From positions 352,001 through 416,000 of the forward strand of contig CAVTBV010000012.1 of the NCBI GenBank assembly GCA_963733095.1: a stretch of 64,000 nucleotides of DNA, given 5' to 3'. The notes beneath the pieces were generated by a model that worked only from the letters and a program-made list of their open reading frames with translations, was not told the DNA's origin and ran no database searches. Shown here piece by piece: positions 29,597-39,792 of the stretch. A program made the position numbers and the translations under genes. The DNA is from Candidatus Bathyarchaeota archaeon (GTDB taxonomy: Archaea > Thermoproteota > Bathyarchaeia > Bathyarchaeales > Bathycorpusculaceae). How positions within the stretch are numbered: the stretch's first letter is position 1; each line of letters opens with the position of its first letter.

Positions 29597-30640
29597 TTAA
29601 ACGTGAGTGTACATTTTGTCGTTGCTGTATTTTCCTGTGGTCATTTCCTGTTCGATTTCTTTTAAGAGTAAAATGCGTTTGAAAGTGGGCGGGTGTGTCG
29701 CAAAGAGGCTGTTCATTTGAATCCAGGTGGATTTGGATTCTTTCTCCATAGCCAACTCCAACTCGCGTTCATCCAAAACGCCGTCATGGTCCAAGTCGTA
29801 CTCGTTTTTGTTTTCCATTATTCTTTGGACTTCCTGCTTTGCCATCGCAGGGTCTTCGATGTAGAATGCTCGCGCACCTTCGGGAGCTTTGGGTGAAATG
29901 GATAATCCGTAGGTGATTTTTGCTAACGCACTTTCTAGCTCATGGGGCGAGCCTGTAACGTAGGCTGAGTAGGCGTCAGCGTAGTGTTCTCGGAGCCTGC
30001 TAAGCCGCATAACAATCAGAAACGTAACTATGTAAACTATAAAAGCAATTACGCCGATGGCAATGATAACTGCGCCCGAGTTATCTTTGTTATTTCTTCT
30101 TCCGCCACTGAAAGCGCCTGCATACAAGGTTACTTGTGCAATGTAGTAAGCAATTAGCGGCAATGCTGAGAGCACCGTCATGACAATGTAGTCTTTGTGC
30201 TTAATGTGTCCTAGCTCATGGGCGATGACGCCTTTGATTTCAGCTTCATTCAACTGCTTTAGGAGCCCTTCGTGGACGGCTAATGTTGCGCTGCTGGATG
30301 TCCTACCAAAAGTGAATGCATTTGGTGTGTTGTTTGGAACTGTGGCAAGCCGGGGCATGGGAATGCCGCTTTTATCCGCTAACTCTTTAACAGTTGATTC
30401 AAGCCAAGGGTTCTCACCAAGCTTAAGATAATTCAAATGTGTTGTTGCAGCAACAATCGCTGGACCCACCGCATACTGGAACAGAATGAAGAGCGCAGAA
30501 CCGCCTAAAGCAATCAACACCCCTGTAAAAACATCTAACTGCAAAAAATAAACAATCACAAAAACAAGTAAGCCAAATATGAAGGCTGAGAGGAAGATGG
30601 AGGTTGCCATTGCGAACTTGAGTTGGGATAGACTAGCCAA
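29597..30640 (-). CDS. htpX: HtpX-family zinc metalloprotease (M48)
   Basis: PNAF, HELGH, SRLREHYAD and THPP, with TM segments. Confidence 0.9.
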   Translation of the reverse strand: MASLSQLKFAMATSIFLSAFIFGLLVFVIVYFLQLDVFTGVLIALGGSALFILFQYAVGPAIVAATTHLNYLKLGENPWLESTVKELADKSGIPMPRLATVPNNTPNAFTFGRTSSSATLAVHEGLLKQLNEAEIKGVIAHELGHIKHKDYIVMTVLSALPLIAYYIAQVTLYAGAFSGGRRNNKDNSGAVIIAIGVIAFIVYIVTFLIVMRLSRLREHYADAYSAYVTGSPHELESALAKITYGLSISPKAPEGARAFYIEDPAMAKQEVQRIMENKNEYDLDHDGVLDERELELAMEKESKSTWIQMNSLFATHPPTFKRILLLKEIEQEMTTGKYSNDKMYTHV

Positions 30641-30732
30641 GCACTTTGCCTCGGGTTGTTTTTCACAAGTATTACATTAGAGAATTAAGTCTTTCCCAAA
30701 ATTAAAGAAAAATTCAAAAAATAAAGGAAATT

Positions 30733-31716
30733 TTAGATGGGGTAAGCTCCGCAGGTCTTGCAGAACTGAATTTTGGTTTTGATGTAGCTGTGGCACTTGG
30801 GGCACTGCACGGCGCCTTCAACTTTTGGGAAAACGTCTTTTGGTTTGCCGAATTTCTCGCGGAAGACTTCGTAGTAGAGGAGCTGTTCTTTGTCTTGGAT
30901 TTCTACGTCGTCTGCAGCTTTTATGGCTGTTTTCTTCTCGTTGAATTCTTTGTCTGTTATCATGTCGTTGAAGTATGTACGCAGTGTTTCTGTTCCGGTA
31001 CCTGCTTCGAGCGGTGCTTTGGGTCTCCAGATGATGTCTTTTGGTATAACGTCTTCGTAGGCTTTTCGAAGAATCCATTTGCTGTATTTTACGCCGTTGT
31101 ACATGTTAATCTTGTATTTGATGGGTAGAGCCATGGCCCATTTCATGAATTCTGGGTCTCGGTAGGGCGCTTTGATTTGCATTCCAAGAGATACTGCCAT
31201 GGGGAACGATGAGAAACCCATTTCTGCCCACATTTCCTGTTGTTTCACAGCGAACTGTTCTTCTGTTAGGTGGAATTGCCATGGGTAACCGAATAGCTCG
31301 TCTAATGCGTCGCCTGTGAAAACGGTTTTAATTCCTTTGGGTTTTAGCAGGGTTAAGCCGATGTAGACGGGGAGGCTGTTTCTGATTTCCATTGGGTCGT
31401 ATTTTTTGAGTGCTTCGACGACTTTGGGGAAAAATTTCATTACGTCTTCTTTGCCGAATTGGTAGGTTTCGTGTTTTAGGTGGAGGAGTTCAACCATTTT
31501 TTTTACGTATTCGGTGTCTTTAGGCTGTCCATGTTTGAAGGCTAAGGTGAGGCATGGAATGTCGGGTTTGTATTTTACTGCTTCGTAGGCGATTATTTGG
31601 GTGTCAGTTCCAGCAGAGAAGAGGAACCCCTCTGCCATGTTTCTTTGGACACAGTCATTAACTAGTTTTTTGACATCGGGCAAGAGCTTGTTAACATCTG
31701 ATTCGTTAAGTGTCAT
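30733..31716 (-). CDS. Asparagine-synthetase-like ATP pyrophosphatase domain with C-terminal zinc ribbon
   Basis: FSAGTDT (SGGLDS variant), TGDALDELFG, KWILRKA..WRPK and CPKC..CKTC. No glutaminase domain. Confidence 0.75.
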   Translation of the reverse strand: MTLNESDVNKLLPDVKKLVNDCVQRNMAEGFLFSAGTDTQIIAYEAVKYKPDIPCLTLAFKHGQPKDTEYVKKMVELLHLKHETYQFGKEDVMKFFPKVVEALKKYDPMEIRNSLPVYIGLTLLKPKGIKTVFTGDALDELFGYPWQFHLTEEQFAVKQQEMWAEMGFSSFPMAVSLGMQIKAPYRDPEFMKWAMALPIKYKINMYNGVKYSKWILRKAYEDVIPKDIIWRPKAPLEAGTGTETLRTYFNDMITDKEFNEKKTAIKAADDVEIQDKEQLLYYEVFREKFGKPKDVFPKVEGAVQCPKCHSYIKTKIQFCKTCGAYPI

Positions 31717-31932
31717 TTCTATCCCTCGCATTACAGTGTTTGTCGTTCAGGCAGTATTTAAGTTTATCCGTATGCATATAAAAGCTGATAAAAAATAAAC
31801 ATCTGTGTTGAAAATAAAACCAACATTGAACAATCGACCACTGTACACCCTTTTTGATACATTTACATATCAACCAACTATGTTTAAATGCTCAAAAACA
31901 AAACTCAATACATCAAAAAGAGGCACACATCC

Positions 31933-32685
31933 ATGATAGTCAGCCTACTCCACATGGAAATACGCACCACACTACAAGACAACCTAAACGCAGCACAAAC
32001 CGCCATCCAAAAAGCTGCAAAACAAAAACCATCCCTAATCGCACTGCCAGAATACTTCACGGTTGAAAATTGCATGGCAGACTTCACCAACGCCAAAAAA
32101 ATAAGCCAAGAAACCTGCACAAAAACACTCCAGTTCCTACAAGAAATCTCAGAAGAAATCGGAGATATCTACCTCCTCGGCGGTTCAGTGCTCGAAGAAG
32201 ATAACGGAAAATACTATAACACCAGCACCCTTTGGAGAAACGGTCAACTCTTAGCAAAGTACAAAAAGATAAACCCGATAAAGGCTGAAATCGAGGCAGG
32301 CGTCTCTAAAGGAACTCAGCCGCTTGTAGTGGAAACGGATTTAGGTAAACTTGGAATGATCGTGTGCGCTGACACCTTTGACCCACCGCTTGTCAAAAAA
32401 ATCGCTGATTTAGGTGCAGAAATTGTTACCCTGCCAGTTGCAGCTATGGGAACTCACCCAACCGTTAAAGGTCACCCATTAACCGAAGGTATTGCAAGGG
32501 ATTACGGTTTGTTTATACTAAAAGTTGGGAACGTCTGCTCAAACATGAGGGGAGGAAGAAGCGCCATTATTGCGCCATGGGGGATACTGGGAGAGGTTTC
32601 GGATGCACCAGAAGATTCGGTTCTAACCGCAGACTTAGACATGAAACGATTAAGAGAGTACAGGCGAAAACTCAGTAAAGCTTAG
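31933..32685 (+). CDS. Carbon-nitrogen hydrolase (nitrilase superfamily)
   Basis: E-K-C triad: LPEY, YKKI and VCAD. Also GRSAIIAPWG. Confidence 0.85.
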   Translation: MIVSLLHMEIRTTLQDNLNAAQTAIQKAAKQKPSLIALPEYFTVENCMADFTNAKKISQETCTKTLQFLQEISEEIGDIYLLGGSVLEEDNGKYYNTSTLWRNGQLLAKYKKINPIKAEIEAGVSKGTQPLVVETDLGKLGMIVCADTFDPPLVKKIADLGAEIVTLPVAAMGTHPTVKGHPLTEGIARDYGLFILKVGNVCSNMRGGRSAIIAPWGILGEVSDAPEDSVLTADLDMKRLREYRRKLSKA

Positions 32686-33556
32686 CCCAGCAATCAACGA
32701 TTCGGCTCATTTCCTCAAACTCATACTTTGAGAGCCATTCTCTGAAGTCACTGTTCTGGATAGCAAACTTGGCGATTTGTCTTGCATTTTCAGAATCGTG
32801 CACAAGCAGCAGCACGGCATCGAGTTTGTGACGTGAAATGTAAGCCACCGTTTTTAGCAGCGCGTCGAGTTTTTCGTCTGTAGGCATTTCAGCGCTGAGC
32901 TCCACAACAACGGGCTTCTTTAGCGTAGCAACGAAGTCTCGAACTATCGTATCAACCCAATAATTAGTAAAATAATCCCTTGACGAGAGGGGCACATGGA
33001 AATAATCCACTAAATCAGCAATAGCGTTAAAATCTAAGCCAAACCGCTCCTTAGCTAATACGGGATCAGGATACATTTCAACCGCGAAAGTTCCTTTCGT
33101 GTGGGTTTTGGCTTCTTTCAGGAAAGCAGTTACGGTTTGAGCTCTCCATTCAGTCCAATCCAATCTACTCTTTTTCCGTTGCTCTGTACATCTGCGGCAG
33201 GTACAGTATTCTTGGTCGGCGAAGTGGTAGAGGTTGAGTGTTACGCCGATGATGTCTTGTTTTGATAGGCTGTCTAGGTAATCGAAGACTCTGGCGCGGT
33301 ATCCGGGGTGGGTTGGGCAGACAAAGTCAAAAGCTAAATTTGATTTCCTGTTGCGCCTCAACGCTGGACCAGAATTGGAAACGGAGACAATGCTTGGGTC
33401 TTCTCGGATTGCTTTGGCGTCGCAGAAGACGGTAACGTCGTTTTGCATTCCTTTTGCTGCTGGAAAAGCTTGGCCGTCAGCCCATTTTGAGTAGTAAACG
33501 TGGAGGTCATAGCCTTCGACGTGTTCGGGTTTGTATGTGACTAAGCCTATTTTCAT
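32672..33556 (-). CDS. Uncharacterised TIM-barrel-like protein with CxCxxC motif (paralog A)
   Basis: VCPT, YCTCRRC, WTEWRA.TVT.FL and RFGLDF. Similar to 36024..36926. Confidence 0.65.
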   Translation of the reverse strand: MKIGLVTYKPEHVEGYDLHVYYSKWADGQAFPAAKGMQNDVTVFCDAKAIREDPSIVSVSNSGPALRRNRKSNLAFDFVCPTHPGYRARVFDYLDSLSKQDIIGVTLNLYHFADQEYCTCRRCTEQRKKSRLDWTEWRAQTVTAFLKEAKTHTKGTFAVEMYPDPVLAKERFGLDFNAIADLVDYFHVPLSSRDYFTNYWVDTIVRDFVATLKKPVVVELSAEMPTDEKLDALLKTVAYISRHKLDAVLLLVHDSENARQIAKFAIQNSDFREWLSKYEFEEMSRIVDCWAKLY

Positions 33557-33615
33557 GCCCAATACCTTTGCTCGCAACAAATATATTGTTGGCGCTTAAT
33601 TAATTGTTGATTCAA

Positions 33616-33834
33616 ATGGACAAACATAAATCCCCAATCACAATCGACACAGCTAAGTGCCCACCCTGCACGGGTCAGGTTTGTATTGGTGTTTGTCCAC
33701 AGGGCGCCTTAGAAGAGGGCAAAAACCGCAAACCCCAAGTCATCGCACTTGTTCAATGCACTAAATGTGGAATATGCGTGAACCTATGTCCAACTAAAGC
33801 CATCACTATAAATGATAGTAAACCCCAAAAATAA
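33616..33834 (+). CDS. 4Fe-4S dicluster ferredoxin
   Basis: CPPCTGQVCIGVCP and CTKCGICVNLCP. Confidence 0.85.
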   Translation: MDKHKSPITIDTAKCPPCTGQVCIGVCPQGALEEGKNRKPQVIALVQCTKCGICVNLCPTKAITINDSKPQK

Positions 33835-34875
33835 TTGTCGCGGGGAACAGGTTTGGAACAGGTTGACCTTGCAAATGGCGTGAAATTTATCTTAAAAGAA
33901 AATGTAATAGCCGTTTTTTGTGATAGTACTTTAAAGACAGTTAGCTCAGCAATCTATAATGGCGGGAGCAATCAGGTAAAAGCTGTCCTCAATGTAGGGG
34001 TGCCGGAAGGATACAGTGACCTCTCCTTGCACCTTGACCCGCTCGAACTTATCAATTCATCTGCGGCAAAGCTTGGATTAACCAAGGATTACCTCGCCAT
34101 GGTTACAGCCGCGAAAGTTAAAAATTACAGTTTGGTCTCCAATAAAAGTGACAACTTCTCAGTCTTTGTTGCTGCTACCGCGGGTTGCTCACATGGGGAA
34201 TCCTCTGGCGAGGAAATGGATGTCCAGGAAATCGTCGGCACAATAAACATCATTGTCCTAATCGACGGAAACCCAACAGAAAGCTGCATGGTAGCCGCAT
34301 TAATCACTGCAACTGAAGCCAAGTCGGCGGTGCTCAGGGATTTTGACGTTAGAAGTCGCTATACCGGCGACTCAGCCACGGGCTCGATAACGGACAGTGT
34401 CGCCGTTGCTTCAACGGGCAGGGGCAAAACAGTAACTTTGGCTGGTCCAGCATCCAAGTTGGGCAAACTCGTAGGATACTGCGCAAGATACGCTGTCACT
34501 GAAGCTTTGCTAAAGCAGGAACCGATTTGGGCTTGCCGAACAGTGTTGGACAGGCTCAAGGAGAGGCATTTGCCGCTTGAAAAGTTGGCTACTGAAGTCT
34601 CCAAAGTTGAAGGCTTAACTGTTAGCGCCGAGGGTTTAGCTGAAATCCTCAAGAAGAAGCCGTTGGGCGGCGTATGGCTTTTAGCGGCTGCAAAGATGGA
34701 CGATGACTACAAAAAAAACCTGCTCCCGAAAGATTTACCCGACTGGGAAACAGCAAGCAAAGTCTTCTGCGAAGAGGAATGCCATTACCTAATAAACAAA
34801 AAGGAAGTTGACCTTCCACCATTCACAAAGGCCGCATTAACCAAGATTGTTAAAGATTCTCATATGAAAGCGTAG
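33835..34875 (+). CDS. cbiZ: Adenosylcobinamide amidohydrolase with C-terminal extension
   Basis: SSAIYNGG, MVTAA, ATAG, GTINII, TATEAK and ATGSITD. Confidence 0.8.
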   Translation: MSRGTGLEQVDLANGVKFILKENVIAVFCDSTLKTVSSAIYNGGSNQVKAVLNVGVPEGYSDLSLHLDPLELINSSAAKLGLTKDYLAMVTAAKVKNYSLVSNKSDNFSVFVAATAGCSHGESSGEEMDVQEIVGTINIIVLIDGNPTESCMVAALITATEAKSAVLRDFDVRSRYTGDSATGSITDSVAVASTGRGKTVTLAGPASKLGKLVGYCARYAVTEALLKQEPIWACRTVLDRLKERHLPLEKLATEVSKVEGLTVSAEGLAEILKKKPLGGVWLLAAAKMDDDYKKNLLPKDLPDWETASKVFCEEECHYLINKKEVDLPPFTKAALTKIVKDSHMKA

Positions 34876-35084
34876 ATGAGTTTACCTACCAAGATGAAGA
34901 CATAGTCGCAGACATTTACAAAATAATGCATGGTTCGAACCAAAAATGGTCAGATATTGCATTAAGCAAAATCTTCACTTAACCCTTCTTTTCTTTTTTG
35001 CGGATTTACCAAATTATCTTCCTAAAGGTGGGTGGATGCAAAACCTCATAAAGTTAGGCTTTCCTAGAGATTGATTGGTTATTT

Positions 35085-35658
35085 ATGATGAAAGCAGTTG
35101 GGGTAATTACAGCGCTGCTGATTCTCATCAGCTTATTGTGTAGTATGCAATCCATTCAAATTACTAAAGCTGAGTTCAGCTTGTCTCCCAAGTTTACATT
35201 GGAGTCGCCTCAGAATAATACTGTCGTTCGTGTGGGACAGACAGCACAAACATAAGTCTGACGTTAGCAACTGTTTTTGTGTATGACTACTGCAGCATTG
35301 ATCAGCCAATTATTATAGACAAACCCTATGGAAAGATTCCATTAGACTTAACAATAATTTCAGAAAAGCCCTAGCATACAATAACTCTGACAAGACGTAT
35401 CAGTGCAATATACAATTACATAACCTAACAAATGGTCAACACCACGTAAACCTATACTATGCCTCTTATGATTCCATTATTCCAAATTGGAGACATATTT
35501 CGCCAATAAAAACAATTGTTTTCTCCATTGACATCTTAGTTACTTCTAACCCCAAACCAACGCCTTCAATGCCAGAGTTTCCAGCCGTATTAACCGTAAC
35601 ATTTCTGATTATGGTTGGGTTGATTGTTTTACTGTCATTCAGAAGGCTGAAAGATTAG
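35085..35658 (+). pseudogene. Degraded secreted protein with PEF-CTERM-like tail
   Basis: Signal peptide MMKAVGVITALLILISLL, ESPQNNT, internal stops and frameshifts, NLTNGQHHVNLY, and terminal PTPSMPEFP-TM-RRLKD*. Confidence 0.65.
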
Positions 35659-36023
35659 CATAAGCAGAATAGGTAAAAGCTTTGCTTTCTAGCATTCGTT
35701 AAAATTTTTGTCCATTTCGACAATGCATGTTGCAAGGTGTAAATTGAGATCCTTTTCTTGTGTTTAAAGAAAAAAACAATGATGCGACCCCAAGAGATAT
35801 CTGCATTAAAAAATCGTTGATCCCACACTAAAACAGACGCAGAGAAACGTTGCTATAGCAAAATGCAGCTTCTTTCTCAACCAGCCTTGTGGAGCCTAAA
35901 AACCGCCACATCCACACCAAGACCAAAAAACCAGAAATCGCACAAACAACAACATTACTGCAAAGACTTATAACCCGCTATTCCAATTCCATACAAAAAG
36001 AATCAAATAATGGTGTATTAAAC

Positions 36024-36926
36024 TTGAAATTCGGCACGTTCCTTTATCAACCAGAGCCTGTTGAAGGCGTCGATTACAACTTTTACCGTCAAAAATCCGA
36101 ATCCGGAATCGTTGGAAAAGTCAACCCCAAAATGTACACCAACATCGCGGTATTCGGCGACAATAACATGGCTGCAAAACGGCCAGACTGGGTCTCTGTT
36201 AGCTCATTTGGTCCAGCGCTACGTACAAACAAACGCTTCAACCTTCGCTGGGACGTTGTATGCATGACTAATCCAGAAGCCAGAGAATACAACCTCAAAA
36301 TCATCGCTGAAAGCGCCAAACAAACCCCAGGAATCAGCATCAGCAGCCAACATTTTGCAGACCAAGGTTTCTGTACATGCCCAAGATGCATCGAACATCA
36401 ACGTAAAAGCGGTTTAAGCTGGGTAGAATGGCGGGCAAAAACAGTCACTGACTTCCTCGCAGAGGTAAAAGAAATTGTTAGCGGAAAACCGCTCTTCGTC
36501 AACCTCCTTCCAGATCCCCTATTGGGTAAAGTCCGCTTTGGCTATGACTTCGAAGCTCTGGCACAATATACCGACTACTTTGTCATACCTATGTTCAGCA
36601 AGTCTTATCCAACTCCATGGTACTGGGAAACAATCGCACGTGGATTCAAAAGCCAACTAAAGAAACCAATGTATGTAAACTTCTATGTACGAGGTCCAAA
36701 CGAAACTTGGGACACCGTTGCAACAACAAAGCAGATTATGACCGTAGCCACCCGTGTTGCAAGACAAGGAGTCGATGGCATCATTTTCTTAGCAGAGAAA
36801 GCAGAATACATACAAAAGTTCCAGAAAGAAGCCGCCGCAGACAAAGAAACACGAGAGTTCCTAAAGGACCACGGCGGTGACGATGTCTTAGAACTATTCA
36901 GCCGTTGGGAAACACTCTACAAATAG
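36024..36926 (+). CDS. Uncharacterised TIM-barrel-like protein with CxCxxC motif (paralog B)
   Basis: VCMT, FCTCPRC, WVEWRAKTVTDFL and RFGYDF. TTG start inferred by alignment to paralog A. Confidence 0.65.
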   Translation: MKFGTFLYQPEPVEGVDYNFYRQKSESGIVGKVNPKMYTNIAVFGDNNMAAKRPDWVSVSSFGPALRTNKRFNLRWDVVCMTNPEAREYNLKIIAESAKQTPGISISSQHFADQGFCTCPRCIEHQRKSGLSWVEWRAKTVTDFLAEVKEIVSGKPLFVNLLPDPLLGKVRFGYDFEALAQYTDYFVIPMFSKSYPTPWYWETIARGFKSQLKKPMYVNFYVRGPNETWDTVATTKQIMTVATRVARQGVDGIIFLAEKAEYIQKFQKEAAADKETREFLKDHGGDDVLELFSRWETLYK

Positions 36927-37051
36927 TTTTCCTTCTTCTAATTTTTTATTTTGTCTATACCTTTAAGTTAAAGTTGCTCGTTTTCTTTATTGATTTCGAA
37001 ACTATACAAATAATTTTTTAGAATGGATTGCCCTCAAGGCGTGAAGAATAA

Positions 37052-37294
37052 ATGAAGACAATTAAAGGTTGGAAGAAACTATGCCATGAATGCGGTTACT
37101 TTAACGATAGTTCAGGTCAAACTGTTCTTGTTTCACAGAAAGAATTCAGCAGAAACTACCATGTACGATTATTCGAGTCTGGGCAAGCGAAGAAAAATGA
37201 AGGCAAAACAATTTCACCTGAATATACCGCTAAGTCTAAAGCTGACGCGTTCGCTGAGGACTGGATGCAGAAACACCCAAACGGGTTGACTTAA
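37052..37294 (+). CDS. Small hypothetical protein
   Basis: ATG start, 80 aa, protein-like composition. Confidence 0.55.
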   Translation: MKTIKGWKKLCHECGYFNDSSGQTVLVSQKEFSRNYHVRLFESGQAKKNEGKTISPEYTAKSKADAFAEDWMQKHPNGLT

Positions 37295-37611
37295 TCATTC
37301 GTTTTCGCTGCGCCAAATGCTAAAGAAAAATTGATTCCAACAGTACGAGTTTAATTTGTACATGCAGTTTATACATTCGGTTCGCTCTAAACATTTTTGT
37401 CTTAGTCTACTCAAACCAGCAACCATCCCATAATGGAAATCAGCTGCATGTTTACTTGATTACATAGTTTTGCCCTTTGTCCATATTTGAAAAGGATTGG
37501 TTACTCAGGAGGATAATCCAAAGACAAAGGAAACTTGTCGCTAGATAAAATGCTACAACGCTAATAAAGGAAATAAAGAAAGATGAAAAATAAGTCTGAT
37601 TTTTGAGAAAA

Positions 37612-37800
37612 TTAGGCTGCTGCCTTGATCTGTGCGTCTATTTTTCTTTGGCGTTTCTGCAGCAGTTTTCGTTTGTTTGCCTTAGGGTTTGGTTTTACTC
37701 TGTAGACTTTGCCATGGGTATTCTGGTAGTACTTCTTTCCTTTGCCCTTTAGTTTGGTCTTTTTATTCAAGCGTCTAGTCCCTCCTTGGCTCTTCAACAA
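37612..37800 (-). CDS. Small, very basic hypothetical protein
   Basis: 62-aa Lys/Arg-rich ORF followed by a T-rich tract. Confidence 0.5.
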   Translation of the reverse strand: MLKSQGGTRRLNKKTKLKGKGKKYYQNTHGKVYRVKPNPKANKRKLLQKRQRKIDAQIKAAA

Positions 37801-37998
37801 GGTTTGTCCTATTACATTACATCGTTGCTATTTAGGGTGCCTATAAACAAGAAGCCTACTGAATACATATAGACAGTTTAACCCATGGTTTTGCTTAGAA
37901 AGCTTTATTGGTTTATAAGCATGGAGACATCTTATAATTAAAGAACTTGTGAAAGACCCGTTTTTGCAAGAGTATTAACTGAGAAGGCTAGAAATGTT

Positions 37999-38133
37999 AT
38001 GTATACTTATGAAAAACTTGTTCAAGAAAAATTTAAATGCCGAATATGCTCATCGAGTTTTCAGACTCCCGACGAATTACGTAACCATAGAATGGTTGCC
38101 CACAAAGGACACATGCTTGCGTTCAAACAATAG
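37999..38133 (+). CDS. Single C2H2 zinc-finger microprotein (44 aa, not in ORF track)
   Basis: MYTYEKLVQEKFKCRICSSSFQTPDELRNHRMVAHKGHMLAFKQ fits F-x-C-x2-C-x3-F-x5-L-x2-H-x4-H. Confidence 0.75.
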   Translation: MYTYEKLVQEKFKCRICSSSFQTPDELRNHRMVAHKGHMLAFKQ

Positions 38134-38409
38134 GTGAAAATGAATTTTGCTCGGGAAACCGACAGATTTCAAATGCCTTCGATTCCTCTAAAAAGGCAAA
38201 TACCAACAACAATCATTTCCCAATAGTTCTGCATAACTGACCGTGCGCAGTTTTCAGGAAAACTACTGTTGCGGGGGTTAAAACCGGTTGATTTTTTTGA
38301 TATTTCTGGATTTTCTCCTTAAACCATGATTTTTGATGTTTGGAGTTTTATTTAGAAAACTATATAATCCATCTTAACGTACAACCACTCACTCAAGGGC
38401 GACTCATAG

Positions 38410-39792
38410 TTGAAGGTTACTCTCGTCAATCCACCCTACCCACCCAACGTCCACTCCCACCCACCATTCATTCCATTAGGACTAGCATACTTGGGTGCAG
38501 TTGCAGAGAAAATTGGCCACCAAGTCGTAATTATCGATTGTCAAGCAGAAAAATTGACTTATGAATCATTCCGCGACCGCATCGCACAGACGCCCTCAGA
38601 TATAATCGGAGTAACCGCAACAACTTTGCTTTACAAGTCCGCTATGAATCTTATCAATGTTGCTAAGCAGACTCAACCCCAAGCAGTCACAATACTCGGG
38701 GGGTCCCATGGAACTTTCTGGGATGAAAACGCCCTCAACGAATACCCAAGCCTAGACATGGTAGTGCGAAGAGAAGGTGAACAAACATTCGTTGAACTTC
38801 TCGATAAACTCAGTAACCAAAGCAGCCTAAGCAATGTTTTAGGCATCACCTATAGAAACGGAGAAAAAATCGTCCGCAACGCAGACAGACCTTTCCTCGA
38901 AGACTTAGACGCACTGCCTTTTCCAGCTCATCACCTGCTCCCCCTTGATAACCTAAAGCATAACGGCAAAATCCTGTTCCCCATTATCAGCAGTCGGGGA
39001 TGCGTCTTTTGGTGTGACTTCTGCAGCACCGTACGCATGTTTGGCAGAGGCTATCGCATGCGTAGCCCGACAAACGTTGTAGACGAAATGCAACTTGTCC
39101 ACGACAAATACGGCATTGATCAAATCACGTTTTATGATGACGCATTTACAGTTGACCGCAACAGAGTGTTAAAGATCTGCGAGGAACTTCACAATAGAAA
39201 GATAGATATGACATGGGATTGCGGCACCCGCGTGGACATGGTTGACCGAGAACTGCTCAAGACCATGCATAATGCAGGCTGCATCGCTGTCTGGCTCGGA
39301 GTAGAATCAGGCTCAGAAGCCATCCTTGGTGCGATGAACAAAAAGATTAAGTTGGAGCAGACACGCTTAGCCTACAAAACCGCTCACGATGTTGGATTAA
39401 TGACGATTGCTAATGTGGTTTTAGGTTTTCCAGGCGAAACCGAGCAAACTGCTAAAGCAACTATCCGCTTCGTCAAGGAACTTAACCCCGACGATGTCGG
39501 CTTCTACATTGCCACACCCTATCCAGGCACACCCATGTACGAAGAAGTCAAAGCCAACGGTTGGCTTCGAGTTACAGACTTTGACAAGTACGATACTGCT
39601 GGACCAACATTTGAGACCCCACAGTTAAGTATGGAAAAACTTGCTGAAATCCGCTACAAAGCCTACCAGCAATTCTATCTTCGACCCGGGTACGTGATCA
39701 AGATGATGCGTAGAGGCGGAGTCTACGGAAGAGCTGCAGTGAAAACCTCAGGCGCTTATCTGTTGCGGGCTCTGCACCTGAAGTACTGGTAA
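38410..39792 (+). CDS. Cobalamin-dependent-class radical SAM protein
   Basis: PLGLAYL and GGSH B12-binding region, SSRGCVFWCDFC, GVESG, TPYPGT. Confidence 0.9.
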   Translation: MKVTLVNPPYPPNVHSHPPFIPLGLAYLGAVAEKIGHQVVIIDCQAEKLTYESFRDRIAQTPSDIIGVTATTLLYKSAMNLINVAKQTQPQAVTILGGSHGTFWDENALNEYPSLDMVVRREGEQTFVELLDKLSNQSSLSNVLGITYRNGEKIVRNADRPFLEDLDALPFPAHHLLPLDNLKHNGKILFPIISSRGCVFWCDFCSTVRMFGRGYRMRSPTNVVDEMQLVHDKYGIDQITFYDDAFTVDRNRVLKICEELHNRKIDMTWDCGTRVDMVDRELLKTMHNAGCIAVWLGVESGSEAILGAMNKKIKLEQTRLAYKTAHDVGLMTIANVVLGFPGETEQTAKATIRFVKELNPDDVGFYIATPYPGTPMYEEVKANGWLRVTDFDKYDTAGPTFETPQLSMEKLAEIRYKAYQQFYLRPGYVIKMMRRGGVYGRAAVKTSGAYLLRALHLKYW

